A stretch of 64,000 bases of DNA from Acidimicrobiia bacterium (GCA_031429095.1 JANOYY010000049.1:9712-73711); one strand, 5' to 3'; numbered from the stretch's first letter, positions 19,830-29,873 are shown. Made by a program: numbers and translations. Notes: generated from the letters alone by a model not told the origin.

Positions 19830-20513
19830 TTACGCCAACGCGGGCCCGGCGAATCGGTCGACCGTTGCGAAGCTCGCGACGGACCTGCGGGTCAGCTTGT
19901 TATTTTGGTGTTCGGGTACACCGAGCGCGATAAGCGACGCTATTGCCATGTACTTCGGAAGGCCGAGCACCTCTTGAGCTTGTGGTTCACGGCGAACGAG
20001 GAACGTCGTCATCACGCCGCCCAGCCCTTCAGTTCGTGCCGCCAGCAAAATGTTCTGAGTGAACGGATAGATGCTGGCGCCGCTGGCGACGCCGATGCGA
20101 TCGAGCTCGGTATCGACCGAAGCGACCGCGCGCAGGTCGACGGCAACCACCAAAAGGACCGGAGCGTTCTCGATACCATCCATGAACGGCCAGGGCCGGT
20201 TCTCCAGCGCTTCAACGGCCAGGTCCATACCCGGCGGCGGACCGGGCCAGTTCCCAGTTTCGTCGGCGGCAAACGGCCTCACTCCCGCTTTCGTCATCGC
20301 CGCATATTCGTTCCATCCCATTCGCGCCAGCGATCCGATTTTCTGGCGCACCGCAGGGTCTTTCAGCACGATGACGTGCCAGCCCTGCTGATTACCGCCG
20401 CTCGGTGCGAACCGGGCGGCATCAAGCACACGGGCGAGCGCATCGTCGGCCACCGCAGCGTTCCGAAATGCCCGCACTGATCCGTTCGTTCGCATCGCGT
20501 ATAGAAGGTCCAT
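19830..20513 (-). CDS. Nitroreductase family protein
   Basis: SVRAF, APSGGNQQGW, QNILLAARTEGLG; start reassigned to MDLLYAM. Confidence 0.9.
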   Translation of the reverse strand: MDLLYAMRTNGSVRAFRNAAVADDALARVLDAARFAPSGGNQQGWHVIVLKDPAVRQKIGSLARMGWNEYAAMTKAGVRPFAADETGNWPGPPPGMDLAVEALENRPWPFMDGIENAPVLLVVAVDLRAVASVDTELDRIGVASGASIYPFTQNILLAARTEGLGGVMTTFLVRREPQAQEVLGLPKYMAIASLIALGVPEHQNNKLTRRSVASFATVDRFAGPALA

Positions 20514-20648
20514 GGCGGAGACGGTACTCCTTGCCTGGCCCTCGGGGCTTCCGGAACGTCGCTCAGGAGCCACTCGACGGTCCACTCGACGGTCCTGCGC
20601 GAACATGCGAGGATCAAAAGCACCCAACACACAATCTAGGAGAACCAC

Positions 20649-21203
20649 ATGGATCCGATCGCGACTTTCACAGCAGCATGCAACGAAGCAAAATCTGTGC
20701 TTGCAAACGTCGGGCCGGATCAGTGGACAAACCAGTCCCCGTGCTCAGAATGGGACGTCCGAGGCGTCGCAAATCACATGACCGGTGGTGCGCTTATGGT
20801 CGCTGCGGCGATCAGCGGACAACCTATGCCCCATACCGAGGATTTCGTCGGCGACGATCCGGTTGGCGCATTTGGCAAAGCTGTCGACGCTGCGGTGGCT
20901 GCGTTCAATGCCGACCCGAGTGTCCTTGGACGCACCGTCACGCTCCCATTCGGCGAGATGCCGGGCGGCGCAGTAGCAGGGATATTTACCAATGACGAGT
21001 TCGCGCACGCCTGGGATGTGGCCAAGGCGACTGGTCAGAGCACGGACCTCAATCCGGTTCTCGCCGAGGGTTGCCTTGCCGCCGCGAAGCAGTTCATTGG
21101 TCCGGACTTCCGTAAGCCTGGCATGTTCGATGCCGAGACCACGGCCCCCGATGGGGCATCGGCTGCGGACCGGCTCGCCGCGTTCATGGGCCGCACCGTC
21201 TGA
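20649..21203 (+). CDS. TIGR03086-like DinB/MDMPI metal-binding protein
   Basis: SPCSEWDVRGVANH, EFAHAWD, DRLAAFMGR; RBS AGGAG. Confidence 0.85.
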   Translation: MDPIATFTAACNEAKSVLANVGPDQWTNQSPCSEWDVRGVANHMTGGALMVAAAISGQPMPHTEDFVGDDPVGAFGKAVDAAVAAFNADPSVLGRTVTLPFGEMPGGAVAGIFTNDEFAHAWDVAKATGQSTDLNPVLAEGCLAAAKQFIGPDFRKPGMFDAETTAPDGASAADRLAAFMGRTV

Positions 21204-21230
21204 GGCCCGCAGCCGCGCGTTCAACCCGCG

Positions 21231-22031
21231 CTAGCTCAACTTGATGGCGAGGTCGAGTGCCTCGGCCACGCCATCATGTTCGACGTCGGTCACCACATAG
21301 TTGGCCACTGAAATCGCGTCGGGGTGTGCGTTGCCCATCGCAACGCGGTGCCCGGCGACTTCGAGAGCGGAGACATCGTTTTGCCCGTCGCCGACCATCA
21401 TCACCTGCGAAAGATCGAGTCCCAGCAACGATGCGAGGGACCGTACTCCCGACGCCTTCGAAACCGACGCGTCGGTGATCGACACAAAGTGATGGCCCAT
21501 GATCATCGGTGATGTAGCCGACGAGGCGACACACCCATCGGGCACCTGTGACGTGGCAAGGTCGACATCAGCGTCGGTCACGATGTACTGCGCGCGTAGT
21601 GGTTCGCCTCGGAGGGCGCTGAGGGCGCGTTGCGCGAACGGCATTCCCAACAACGCGGCGTGGGCGACCGTTACCTCGCGAGCGTCGTCGACGACGTAAT
21701 CCGTGTCGGCGTAGACCTCGAATACCCAGTCATGTTCGAGCGCAATCGCGGATCCTTGAGCGACGGCGCCGACCGGGAGTGGCGTCGAGTGCTTCTGACC
21801 GGTGCCTGTGTGCATGATCGAGGCACCCGTTTGAAACATGTGCCACCCATCGGGGTCAAGTCGACCGGCCCAGTCCCATGCCGAACCGCGTCCGAGACGC
21901 GCCGTGCAGATCGCGAGATGGATTCCGGCAGCCCGAGCTCTGTCGGCCGCCTCCCACACACCAACCGTGGGATTGCCGGTATGGCCGACCAGCGTTCCGT
22001 CGACGTCGAGACAGACCAGACCGAGAGGCAC
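21231..22031 (-). CDS. Cof-type HAD hydrolase
   Basis: DVDGTL, CTAR, SKASG, GDGQND, AMGNA. Confidence 0.92.
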   Translation of the reverse strand: MPLGLVCLDVDGTLVGHTGNPTVGVWEAADRARAAGIHLAICTARLGRGSAWDWAGRLDPDGWHMFQTGASIMHTGTGQKHSTPLPVGAVAQGSAIALEHDWVFEVYADTDYVVDDAREVTVAHAALLGMPFAQRALSALRGEPLRAQYIVTDADVDLATSQVPDGCVASSATSPMIMGHHFVSITDASVSKASGVRSLASLLGLDLSQVMMVGDGQNDVSALEVAGHRVAMGNAHPDAISVANYVVTDVEHDGVAEALDLAIKLS

Positions 22032-22177
22032 CGGGCAACGCTAGCGCTAGCGGCCGAAACAGAAATCCGATACTCGCAGAAGCTTCGGCGAAACATCCCC
22101 GGGCTCTCAACCACCCTCAAACCACCTCAAACCAAACGACAACGGAAATCGCTTCGTAAAACACCTACATTCGCGAT

Positions 22178-22990
22178 ATGGACCTTCACGAAATTGTCGA
22201 TCTGACCCGCTACCCCATCGATGGGTCCAAAACCACTGCGCTCGCCCACCTCATCGAGGCCTGTCAAGGCGAGTTGGCGGCAGTCGGCGCATCGGTGTTG
22301 GAAGGGTTTGTCAGACCCGAGGCCATCGCCCGGATCGTTGCGCACGTCGACCCGCTGGCACCGCTCGCATTTCACAAGGTGAAGCAGCACAACGTCTACC
22401 TGGAACCCGACGACCCCTCGATGCCCGAGAACCACCCCCGCAACGCCAAAGAGACGACCACTTCAGCCACACTCGGAAATCACCACCTTCAGAATGCCGC
22501 AGATCTCCAGGCGCTATACGCCGCCGACGCGTTCAAGGCCTTCGTTGCTGCGACGCTCGGTTACCCGAAGTTGTTCCCTTACGACGACGCGGTGTCCGGG
22601 GTCAACGTGCTCTTCTATCCACCGCGCACGACCCTCGGCTGGCACTTCGACAACTCGACCTTCACCACCACGCTGATGATCCGCGAAGCCGATGCCGGCG
22701 CAGCGTTCGAGTATGTCCCGTTCTTGAGGACCGATACCGATCGGGCGTACGACGCCATCGCTGCGCTGCAGTCGGGTGAGCGGACCGGGGTGAGGCAATT
22801 GCACCAGAGCGATGGCACGCTGGTCCTCTTCAAGGGATCACGCACCGTTCACCGGGTGACCCCCGTCGAGGGGCCCACAACACGCTTGCTGGCGGCAATG
22901 ACGTTCTCACCGCAGCCAGGTGCACGCCTCGCACCCATCAACCAGAAGACCTTCTACGACTACACAGCACCCGACAACTCAATGTCGTGA
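22178..22990 (+). CDS. Fe(II)/2-oxoglutarate oxygenase, BesD/HalD-like family, hydroxylase-type HxD
   Basis: GWHFD, FEYVP, LFKG..VHRVTPV..R. Confidence 0.75.
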   Translation: MDLHEIVDLTRYPIDGSKTTALAHLIEACQGELAAVGASVLEGFVRPEAIARIVAHVDPLAPLAFHKVKQHNVYLEPDDPSMPENHPRNAKETTTSATLGNHHLQNAADLQALYAADAFKAFVAATLGYPKLFPYDDAVSGVNVLFYPPRTTLGWHFDNSTFTTTLMIREADAGAAFEYVPFLRTDTDRAYDAIAALQSGERTGVRQLHQSDGTLVLFKGSRTVHRVTPVEGPTTRLLAAMTFSPQPGARLAPINQKTFYDYTAPDNSMS

Positions 22991-23101
22991 CGAGCGGCGT
23001 TCACGACGCGCCCGACGCCCGGTGCAAACAGCGCGAGTTCAGGACCGAACCCAGTGCAGAATTGAGAAGTTGTGCCGGGCATGCGGATAGGGTCTCTATT
23101 C

Positions 23102-24523
23102 ATGGCCTCTGAACCATCGGCAAAACCATCGGCTACCACGCTTGGACAGCTTCGAGCGTCGGGTTGGGTATCGCGGAGTGTGAAGGAGGAGATCCGGTCG
23201 CACGCGGTGGCGAAGATCAAGGCCGGACAGCCAATGTTTGAAGGGGTTCTCGGTTACGAAGACACCGTCCTCCCGCAGATGGAGAATGCCATCCTCGCCG
23301 GACACGACATCATCTTGTTGGGCGAGCGCGGACAGGCGAAGACTCGCATGATTCGTTCGATGACCGGACTGCTCGATGAGTGGATGCCGATCGTTGCGGG
23401 TTCAGAGATCAACGATGATCCGTACAACCCGAGCAGCAAACACGCCAAAGACCTTGTTGCGCAAGAGGGCGACCACACGCCGATCAGCTGGGTGCACCGC
23501 AGTGAGCGGTACGGCGAAAAACTAGCCACTCCTGACACCTCGATAGCCGACCTCATCGGCGAGGTCGATCCGATCAAGGTCGCCGAGGGCCGCTACCTCT
23601 CCGACGAGCTCACGCTGCACTACGGACTCGTGCCGCGAACGAACCGCGGCGTCTTTGCGATCAACGAGCTTCCCGATCTCAGCGAGCGGATTCAGGTTGG
23701 TCTGTTGAACGTCTTGGAAGAACGAGATGTGCAGATTCGCGGTTACAAGATTCGACTCCCGCTCGATGTTGTTCTCGTGGCATCTGCCAACCCAGAGGAT
23801 TACACAAATCGCGGTCGGATCATCACCCCGCTGAAGGATCGATTCGGCGCTCAGATCCGAACGCACTATCCGCTTGAGACGTCGATCGAGCGACAGGTTG
23901 TGGCGCAAGAAGCAATGGCGCCTGCTGGCGACATTGAAGTCCGCATGCCCGACTACATGAGCGAGATAATCGCCACCTTTAGTCAGCTCGCCCGGCAAAG
24001 CCCGCACGTGAACCAGCGTTCGGGTGTGTCCGTGCGTCTGACCGTAGCCAACCACGAGACGCTCTGTGCTGCCGCCGTTCGTCGGGCGTTGCGACGCGGC
24101 GAGACGCTGGCTGTCCCACGCGTCAGCGACCTCGATGCCTTGATGGCGAGCACCCAGGGCAAGATCGAGATCGAAGCCCTCGACGAACGCGAAGGCTCCG
24201 TGGTCGAGAAACTTTTGAAAGCAAGTGTACTTACGGTCTTCAAAGAAGCGGTCCGTATCGAAGACCTCCGTAGTGTCTTGCAGGGCTTTGAGGCCGGAAT
24301 GGTCATGCACGCCGGCGACGATCTCACCTCTGCCGATTACACGGCGGCCCTCAACAGCGCCGACGCCGAACCGATGCGCGACGCGGTGCGGGCCCTCGTC
24401 GGGGCGAAGGCGTCGCCGCAGGAACAGGCCAGCGCCGTGGAGCTCATTCTCGAGGGTCTGCATCTCAGCAAACGTCTGAACAAGGACGCGGCCGGCAACA
24501 AGGCCACGTACCGCGGTCGCTAA
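23102..24523 (+). CDS. Mg-chelatase/MoxR-like AAA+ ATPase
   Basis: GERGQAKT, AINELPDL, ASANPEDYTNRGRIITPLKDRFG. Confidence 0.9.
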   Translation: MASEPSAKPSATTLGQLRASGWVSRSVKEEIRSHAVAKIKAGQPMFEGVLGYEDTVLPQMENAILAGHDIILLGERGQAKTRMIRSMTGLLDEWMPIVAGSEINDDPYNPSSKHAKDLVAQEGDHTPISWVHRSERYGEKLATPDTSIADLIGEVDPIKVAEGRYLSDELTLHYGLVPRTNRGVFAINELPDLSERIQVGLLNVLEERDVQIRGYKIRLPLDVVLVASANPEDYTNRGRIITPLKDRFGAQIRTHYPLETSIERQVVAQEAMAPAGDIEVRMPDYMSEIIATFSQLARQSPHVNQRSGVSVRLTVANHETLCAAAVRRALRRGETLAVPRVSDLDALMASTQGKIEIEALDEREGSVVEKLLKASVLTVFKEAVRIEDLRSVLQGFEAGMVMHAGDDLTSADYTAALNSADAEPMRDAVRALVGAKASPQEQASAVELILEGLHLSKRLNKDAAGNKATYRGR

Positions 24524-24617
24524 GCCTGTCGGGGCAGGGTCGGACCTCGGCGCGCACCAAGGTCCGGTGAACAACGTCCGGGACGACAACGCGTACCCAC
24601 GAGTACACTCTTCAACT

Positions 24618-25079
24618 GTGAGTACCAAGCTTTCCCGAGAGGCGCACGATCGACTTCGCGCCGAATTCGACGATCTGTACACCCGCGGCCGGGTCGATAT
24701 TGCCCGCAAGATCGAAGCAGCCCGGGAAATGGGCGATCTCTCCGAGAATGGTGACTATCACGCCGCCAAAGAGGAACAGGGCCGTATGGACGGCCGCATG
24801 AAGCAGATCATGTTGATCCTCGACAAGGCCGAAGTCGTCGACAACGTCGACACCAGTGAGGTCAGCGCGGGTTCCGTGGTGGAGATCCGCTACGAGGGCG
24901 ACGACGACACCGAGAAGTACCTGGTCGGATCTATCGAAGAGCGACGCGATGGTCTTGATGTGGTTTCAGCCGAGTCACCCCTCGGCGCGGCCCTTCTGGG
25001 ACACAAACCCGGCGAGACGGTGACCTATCAGGCCCCGGGCGGCATTCTCAAGGTGGATATCGTCAGTATCAGCGCGTGA
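24618..25079 (+). CDS. greA: Transcription elongation factor GreA
   Basis: GDLSENGDYHAAKEEQ, SPLGAALLG; GTG start after TACACT -10. Confidence 0.95.
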   Translation: MSTKLSREAHDRLRAEFDDLYTRGRVDIARKIEAAREMGDLSENGDYHAAKEEQGRMDGRMKQIMLILDKAEVVDNVDTSEVSAGSVVEIRYEGDDDTEKYLVGSIEERRDGLDVVSAESPLGAALLGHKPGETVTYQAPGGILKVDIVSISA

Positions 25080-26860
25080 TCCGCCTGGCCGATCACGCAG
25101 CCATCGGCGACGGCGCAACTACGGCGCTCGTTGCCAGCAACGGGGCGATCGATTGGTGGTCACCGGGCGGGCGGGCGGGCGCGCCAACCTGTTTTTCGTT
25201 GCTCGACCAGCGCTGCGGTGGGGAGATCCGACTCGGCCCAACGCGCCCGGATTGGACGGGCGCGCAAACGTTCAGCGACGACGAAGCACCTGTACTCACC
25301 ACCGCGTTCGAAACTGCCGACGGCACATTCGAGGTGGTCGACCATGTTATTGATACACAAATAGTTCGTATACTTACCGTGCTGCGCGGCACGGCCGATG
25401 TAACCCTCGCCGTTCGGCCCGGTTACGCATTTGGCTTGCCCCGAAGAATCGAGCGCTGGTCCAACGGCGTCGCGTACGGCGACGTGCGGATCGAGGGCAC
25501 CGAAACCGATGTGAACCAGACCCTGCGAGCGGGCGATCGCATCGTGGTTACCGTGTCGCCAGCCGGACAACGGGGCGTGACTCGCCAGGGAGTGGATCGC
25601 CCCCATCCGACCATGGGTGAGGCACTGGCCGAGCAAGCGCGGGTTCGTGCCTCGTGGCGTAGCGATGTCGGCTCGGTGGAGTTTGACTCCGATCTCCGTT
25701 GGGCCGTGCTGCGGTCGGTGCGAGCCTTGCGCCTACTCACGGTGTCAACAAGCTCCGATTCGTGTTTACTCCGTGCACTTACTACATCGCTTCCGGCGCG
25801 TGCCGGCAATGAGCGCAATATCGATGAGCGTTTCGCATGGCTTCGCGACAATGCACATGCGGTGCGCGTGTGGGATCGGCTCGATCGTCGCGATTGGTCC
25901 GGTCCGCATCGCGAATGGCTCCATGAGCGCGCTGCTGATGCGCTTCCGCTTTCCCCGGCCTATCAGCCCTCCGGAGAGCGTCCGGGGTCAGAGGAAGAGC
26001 TGGCGCTTGCTGGATGGCGGGGCAATGGTCCTGTACGGGCGGGAACTCGGGTCGGTTCTGCCCTCGACCTTGGTGCGATGTCCGAACTTTCGCTCGAGCT
26101 CGACGACCGCCATTCCTGGAAACGCCTGGAACGTTTGGGCGACTGGTTGGCCGACCACGCCTCCGATGCCGACGCGGGACGGTGGGATTCGCGAGCCCGA
26201 AACCACCGTCACGTCGAATCAGCGTTGTCCGTACGGGCCGCGCTCGATGCTCTCATCGCTACGGCGCGACGTCGAAACCCAATCGATCCGGTGACCGACA
26301 CGTGGACGCAGGCCGTACGTGAGCTCGATGTGTGGTTGGCGACCGAAGGCCTATTCGGGGTCGACGCCAGCGCAGGCTTTCGTCGCACCGGAAGCACGCC
26401 GCACGAGCGAGCCGGACGGACCGGTAAGACCGGAGCTGACGATTCTTCCGATGCTTCGCTGCTGCGTTGGATCTGTGAGGCGTCGCTGCCAACGCTGCCG
26501 AGCGATAGCGACACTGAGGCCGCGCATCGTGCACGGGTCACGCTTGAGCAAACGTTGCCACAGCTCACGGAGTGGCCATATGTGCACAGACATTTGCCTC
26601 ACGTCGACGATGGCTTCCCACCTTTGCAGGGTGCCGATCTGTGGGCGTCGTTCACGATGGTATCGGCACTCGCTCGTTTCGATCGATGGGAGGAGGCGCA
26701 CGGCCGGATGGAAGCGCTTTTGCGGACGCTTGGGCCGACACATATCGGCGCCACTCATGTGGATCCGATGACCGGTGATCTGCGCGGCAACCTGCTCGCT
26801 GCGCCGATGCACCTAGCGTTGATCGATGCCGCCGCTGCTTTGGCGCGCGGCCCTCGTTAG
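25076..26860 (+). CDS. GH15 (trehalase/glucoamylase-like) protein with degenerate catalytic motifs
   Basis: AAIGDG.T.ALV..G.IDW, TTSLP, WLRD, LRGN; GTGA overlap with greA. Confidence 0.78.
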   Translation: MIRLADHAAIGDGATTALVASNGAIDWWSPGGRAGAPTCFSLLDQRCGGEIRLGPTRPDWTGAQTFSDDEAPVLTTAFETADGTFEVVDHVIDTQIVRILTVLRGTADVTLAVRPGYAFGLPRRIERWSNGVAYGDVRIEGTETDVNQTLRAGDRIVVTVSPAGQRGVTRQGVDRPHPTMGEALAEQARVRASWRSDVGSVEFDSDLRWAVLRSVRALRLLTVSTSSDSCLLRALTTSLPARAGNERNIDERFAWLRDNAHAVRVWDRLDRRDWSGPHREWLHERAADALPLSPAYQPSGERPGSEEELALAGWRGNGPVRAGTRVGSALDLGAMSELSLELDDRHSWKRLERLGDWLADHASDADAGRWDSRARNHRHVESALSVRAALDALIATARRRNPIDPVTDTWTQAVRELDVWLATEGLFGVDASAGFRRTGSTPHERAGRTGKTGADDSSDASLLRWICEASLPTLPSDSDTEAAHRARVTLEQTLPQLTEWPYVHRHLPHVDDGFPPLQGADLWASFTMVSALARFDRWEEAHGRMEALLRTLGPTHIGATHVDPMTGDLRGNLLAAPMHLALIDAAAALARGPR

Positions 26861-26875
26861 TGCAACGTTTCACCG

Positions 26876-26901
26876 GGCGTTCTACGCTCGCGTAGAACGC
26901 C
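26876..26901. terminator. Perfect 12-bp inverted repeat (terminator or operator)
   Basis: GGCGTTCTACGC-tc-GCGTAGAACGCC. Confidence 0.5.
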
Positions 26902-26933
26902 GATGTTGCGCATGATTCGATTCGAGGAGACCC

Positions 26934-27332
26934 ATGACCGCTGTTCCGGAAATAATCACCCGCTTTTTCTCAGCATGGTCCGAACGAAACCCTGAACTGG
27001 CCGTCGCCGAAGTCACCGACGACGTCACGATCCGGGACCCATACGGTATAAACGTCGGCCCAAAGGTGCTTCACGAGCACATTGAGATGATCATCCGAAG
27101 GTTCGACTTTTCGCCCGCCATCATTCGGAACTGCTTTGTCGACGGAGACCTCTCCGCCGACGCCCGCCTCGCCTTCCTTGCCGAATGCCCCATGACCGGA
27201 CGGTCGTCGAAGGTCGCCGGGATCAGCACCGGGTTCGAGGCCGCCGTGTTCGTCCAGCTACGCGGTGGCAAAATCGCGCAATGGAACGAGTACTGGGACC
27301 CGGCCCCACTCGCCCGAGCCCTGGCAGGCTAG
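26934..27332 (+). CDS. SnoaL/NTF2-like protein
   Basis: FFSAW, DDVTIRDP, GGKIAQWNEYWD; RBS GAGGAG. Confidence 0.85.
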   Translation: MTAVPEIITRFFSAWSERNPELAVAEVTDDVTIRDPYGINVGPKVLHEHIEMIIRRFDFSPAIIRNCFVDGDLSADARLAFLAECPMTGRSSKVAGISTGFEAAVFVQLRGGKIAQWNEYWDPAPLARALAG

Positions 27333-27450
27333 GTTCGTTCTGGCTGTGCCAGCGCCGCTTCTCGACCACTCCACCCGTGCTGCGCTAGTCGGCGCTAGTC
27401 GGGCGACGAAGCGGGCTGGTTGGTGGTGCGGAGCGGGAGTTCGGGGAAGG

Positions 27451-27595
27451 ACTGCAACCAACTCGAGGGTCATTTGCATCCAACTCGAGGGTCATTTGCA
27501 ACCAACTCGATCTGTCGAGCACGAAAAATCACACCAAAAGGCCGAGTTGGATGTAGACGGTTGGAATTGGAATTGGAGTTGGAGTTGGATGTAGT
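27451..27595. repeat. Composite 22-bp tandem repeat with nested inverted repeats (MITE/REP-like)
   Basis: TGCA(A/T)CCAACTCGAGGGTCATT x2.6 (27453-27510); inverted copies GAGTTGGATGTAG at 27544 and 27582; TTGGA(A/G) hexamer run between them. Confidence 0.75.
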
Positions 27596-27677
27596 GGAGT
27601 TCGTTGCCCTTGCGACCCGAATGGACAATCACCGCTGGTCAAGAACCCCACGACCGCAGTTCCGGAAAGGAACCACC

Positions 27678-28124
27678 ATGCCCCGCACCCCTGAAGGCCA
27701 ACACGTCGTTACCGCATACCTTTGTTGTCGAGGAGCCTCCGATGCGATTGCGTTCTACGCGGACGTCTTCGGGGCAGTCGAAATGGGCCAACGCTATGTC
27801 GACCAGAGCGATGGTCGCGTGGGACATGCCGAGTTTGCGATCGGCGATACCCGTTTGATGATCAGCGATGAGTACCCCGATTACGCAGCGGTGTCGCCAC
27901 AAACACTCGGTGGAAGCCCCGTCATGTTGAACGTGTATGTCGACGACGTCGACGACGTGTACGCACGTGCGGTCGCAGCCGGTGCCAGCGGGCTGCGGCC
28001 GCCGGAAGACCAGCCCTACGGGGCGCGTATGGGCGTAATCACCGACCCATGGGGTCATCGTTGGTCGGTCCAGACACTTACCGACGGCATCGAGCGCGAT
28101 GTCGAGGGCTTCGACCGTACGTAG
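27678..28124 (+). CDS. VOC/glyoxalase (PhnB-like) protein
   Basis: AIAFY..VFGA, GHAEFAIG, ISDEYP, TDPWGHRW; RBS GAAAGGA. Confidence 0.9.
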   Translation: MPRTPEGQHVVTAYLCCRGASDAIAFYADVFGAVEMGQRYVDQSDGRVGHAEFAIGDTRLMISDEYPDYAAVSPQTLGGSPVMLNVYVDDVDDVYARAVAAGASGLRPPEDQPYGARMGVITDPWGHRWSVQTLTDGIERDVEGFDRT

Positions 28125-28218
28125 CGAGGGCGCTGCTTAGTGGTCGGCTGGCTGCGAGGGACTACCGAGGTGGGACAACGGCACCACGTTGTGGTGCCGT
28201 TCCGGTACCCTCGGAGGG

Positions 28219-29130
28219 GTGGAAACGACGGACGCACCGAAACAGCAAGCGAACTCCGGTTTTGCTGAGACGCCTCGGCTCCCCGACGGTCGAGAAGTAA
28301 TGTTGCCCCGGCGAGGGACCACTTTCATCCGAGAGATTCCGGCATCGGCGTCGGAGCAGTTGGCACCGACCATCATCTTGATTCACGGCTGGACCGTCAC
28401 CACCGACTTGAACTTCCACGCAGTGTTCTATCCGTTGGCCGAGCAAACGGGTTCTCGCGTCATCGGCATGGACCAGCGGGGTCACGGCCGAGGAATCCGC
28501 CCCCGAGCGCTGTTTCGCCTCGATGAGTGCGCTGACGATGTTGCGGCATTGATCGACGTGCTCAAGCTTGAGCGTGTCATCGTCGTTGGATACTCGATGG
28601 GGGGCGCCATTGCGCAATGGCTGGCGAAACGACACCCGGAGAAGCTCATGGGTGCGATCTTCTGCGCAACCACGTGTCACTTCGGGCCAGAGGAGAAGAA
28701 GGTCGGGATGTGGGACTTCCTCATGCCTGCGCTGGCAACCGGTCTCACGGTCATGCCGTCCTCGATGCGACACGCAGCGCTGTCGCGTGTCGCCATGTTT
28801 CGCCGCACTGAGGAGGTGCCGAACTGGATGCGCGAGGAAGCCGGTCGCAGCGACCCCGCGATGATCGTGCAGGCAGGCATCGTGATCGGCAAGTTCGACG
28901 CACGACCGTGGTTGAATCGGCTCACACTCCCGACGGCGGTCGTGAAGACAACGACGGACACAACGGTGTCACCACGACGCCAACAGGTACTGATCGACGG
29001 CCTCCCGAACGTGACTGTCCATGAGTGCGACGCCGATCATCGCGCCGCTGTCTCGCATCCGAGACGATATGTACGCGCAGTGGTTGAAGCGATCGCGTCG
29101 ATCCAGGCTCGTGTCCCCAACAGCGTTTAG
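28219..29130 (+). CDS. Alpha/beta hydrolase
   Basis: LIHGW, DQRGHG, GYSMGG, C-terminal Asp and His; start uncertain. Confidence 0.88.
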   Translation: METTDAPKQQANSGFAETPRLPDGREVMLPRRGTTFIREIPASASEQLAPTIILIHGWTVTTDLNFHAVFYPLAEQTGSRVIGMDQRGHGRGIRPRALFRLDECADDVAALIDVLKLERVIVVGYSMGGAIAQWLAKRHPEKLMGAIFCATTCHFGPEEKKVGMWDFLMPALATGLTVMPSSMRHAALSRVAMFRRTEEVPNWMREEAGRSDPAMIVQAGIVIGKFDARPWLNRLTLPTAVVKTTTDTTVSPRRQQVLIDGLPNVTVHECDADHRAAVSHPRRYVRAVVEAIASIQARVPNSV

Positions 29131-29846
29131 GGACGTGACCAACCAGCGGCGATTTCGATGGCGACCGCCGCTTTACGAACTACGTCTCCATATCGCACGC
29201 CCGGTTCTCTCGTTGTTCGCTCAATTGGGCCACTAACGCTCACTGCCGCGCGCACGGCACCCGATGAATCAATAATAGGTGCACTTACTGATGCGACGCC
29301 GGCCTCGCGTTCGCCGACGCTCTCGACCCAACCGTGCGGAATCGGGTCGCCCCGCAGGACCCGGCCGGCGGATCCGCGATCAAGCGGCAGACGGGCACCA
29401 ACCGAAACGATCGTTCGCAACCCATGAGGCGATTCGACCGACTCGACGCATAAGCGCGCCGCACCGTCGACAACGTAAAGCTGCGCCGACTCGCCGGTAG
29501 CTTCCACGATGGCGCGCAGCGCCGGGCGCGCAATCTCGCCCAGGGGGAGGCCGCGAGCAGCGATGCGACCCAACTCGACGAGACGCCCACCGAGACAGAA
29601 GCGCCCCAGCGAGTCGCGTCGGACCAGTCCGTGCGCCTCAAGCGACGTCGCCAGGCGATGCGCGGTCGCACGATGGAAGCCGGTCGCAGCAACGACACCG
29701 GCCAATGTGAGCGGCTCGATACTGAGCGCATCGAGCAGGGCAGAGGCCTTGTCGATGACACCGACATCACTCGTGGGACTCGTGGGACTCGTGAGGCCCG
29801 CCGGGCCCACCGGGCCTACCGGTGCACTGGTACGATGGTCCGACAC
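29127..29846 (-). CDS. IclR family regulator (NdgR/LtbR-like), divergent from leuC
   Basis: VGVIDKA, RATAHRLA..L, TGESAQLY, ERE.GVASVSAP, SGPIER; conserved actinobacterial position. Confidence 0.9.
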   Translation of the reverse strand: MSDHRTSAPVGPVGPAGLTSPTSPTSDVGVIDKASALLDALSIEPLTLAGVVAATGFHRATAHRLATSLEAHGLVRRDSLGRFCLGGRLVELGRIAARGLPLGEIARPALRAIVEATGESAQLYVVDGAARLCVESVESPHGLRTIVSVGARLPLDRGSAGRVLRGDPIPHGWVESVGEREAGVASVSAPIIDSSGAVRAAVSVSGPIERTTREPGVRYGDVVRKAAVAIEIAAGWSRP

Positions 29847-29858
29847 GTAAGAACTGTA

Positions 29859-29873
29859 TCTCACATAATGAGA
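29859..29873. promoter_or_regulatory. Palindromic operator, likely IclR site
   Basis: TCTCA-CATAA-TGAGA between the IclR gene and leuC. Confidence 0.6.

Noticed and set aside
22178-22990. Radical halogenase
   Set aside because: The iron motif is HFD, not HxG/A.
23102-24523. Photosynthetic Mg-chelatase (bchI)
   Set aside because: No bch genes nearby; matches the generic actinobacterial chelatase-like AAA+ family.
27453-27510. CRISPR array
   Set aside because: Repeats are contiguous with no spacers; no cas genes.
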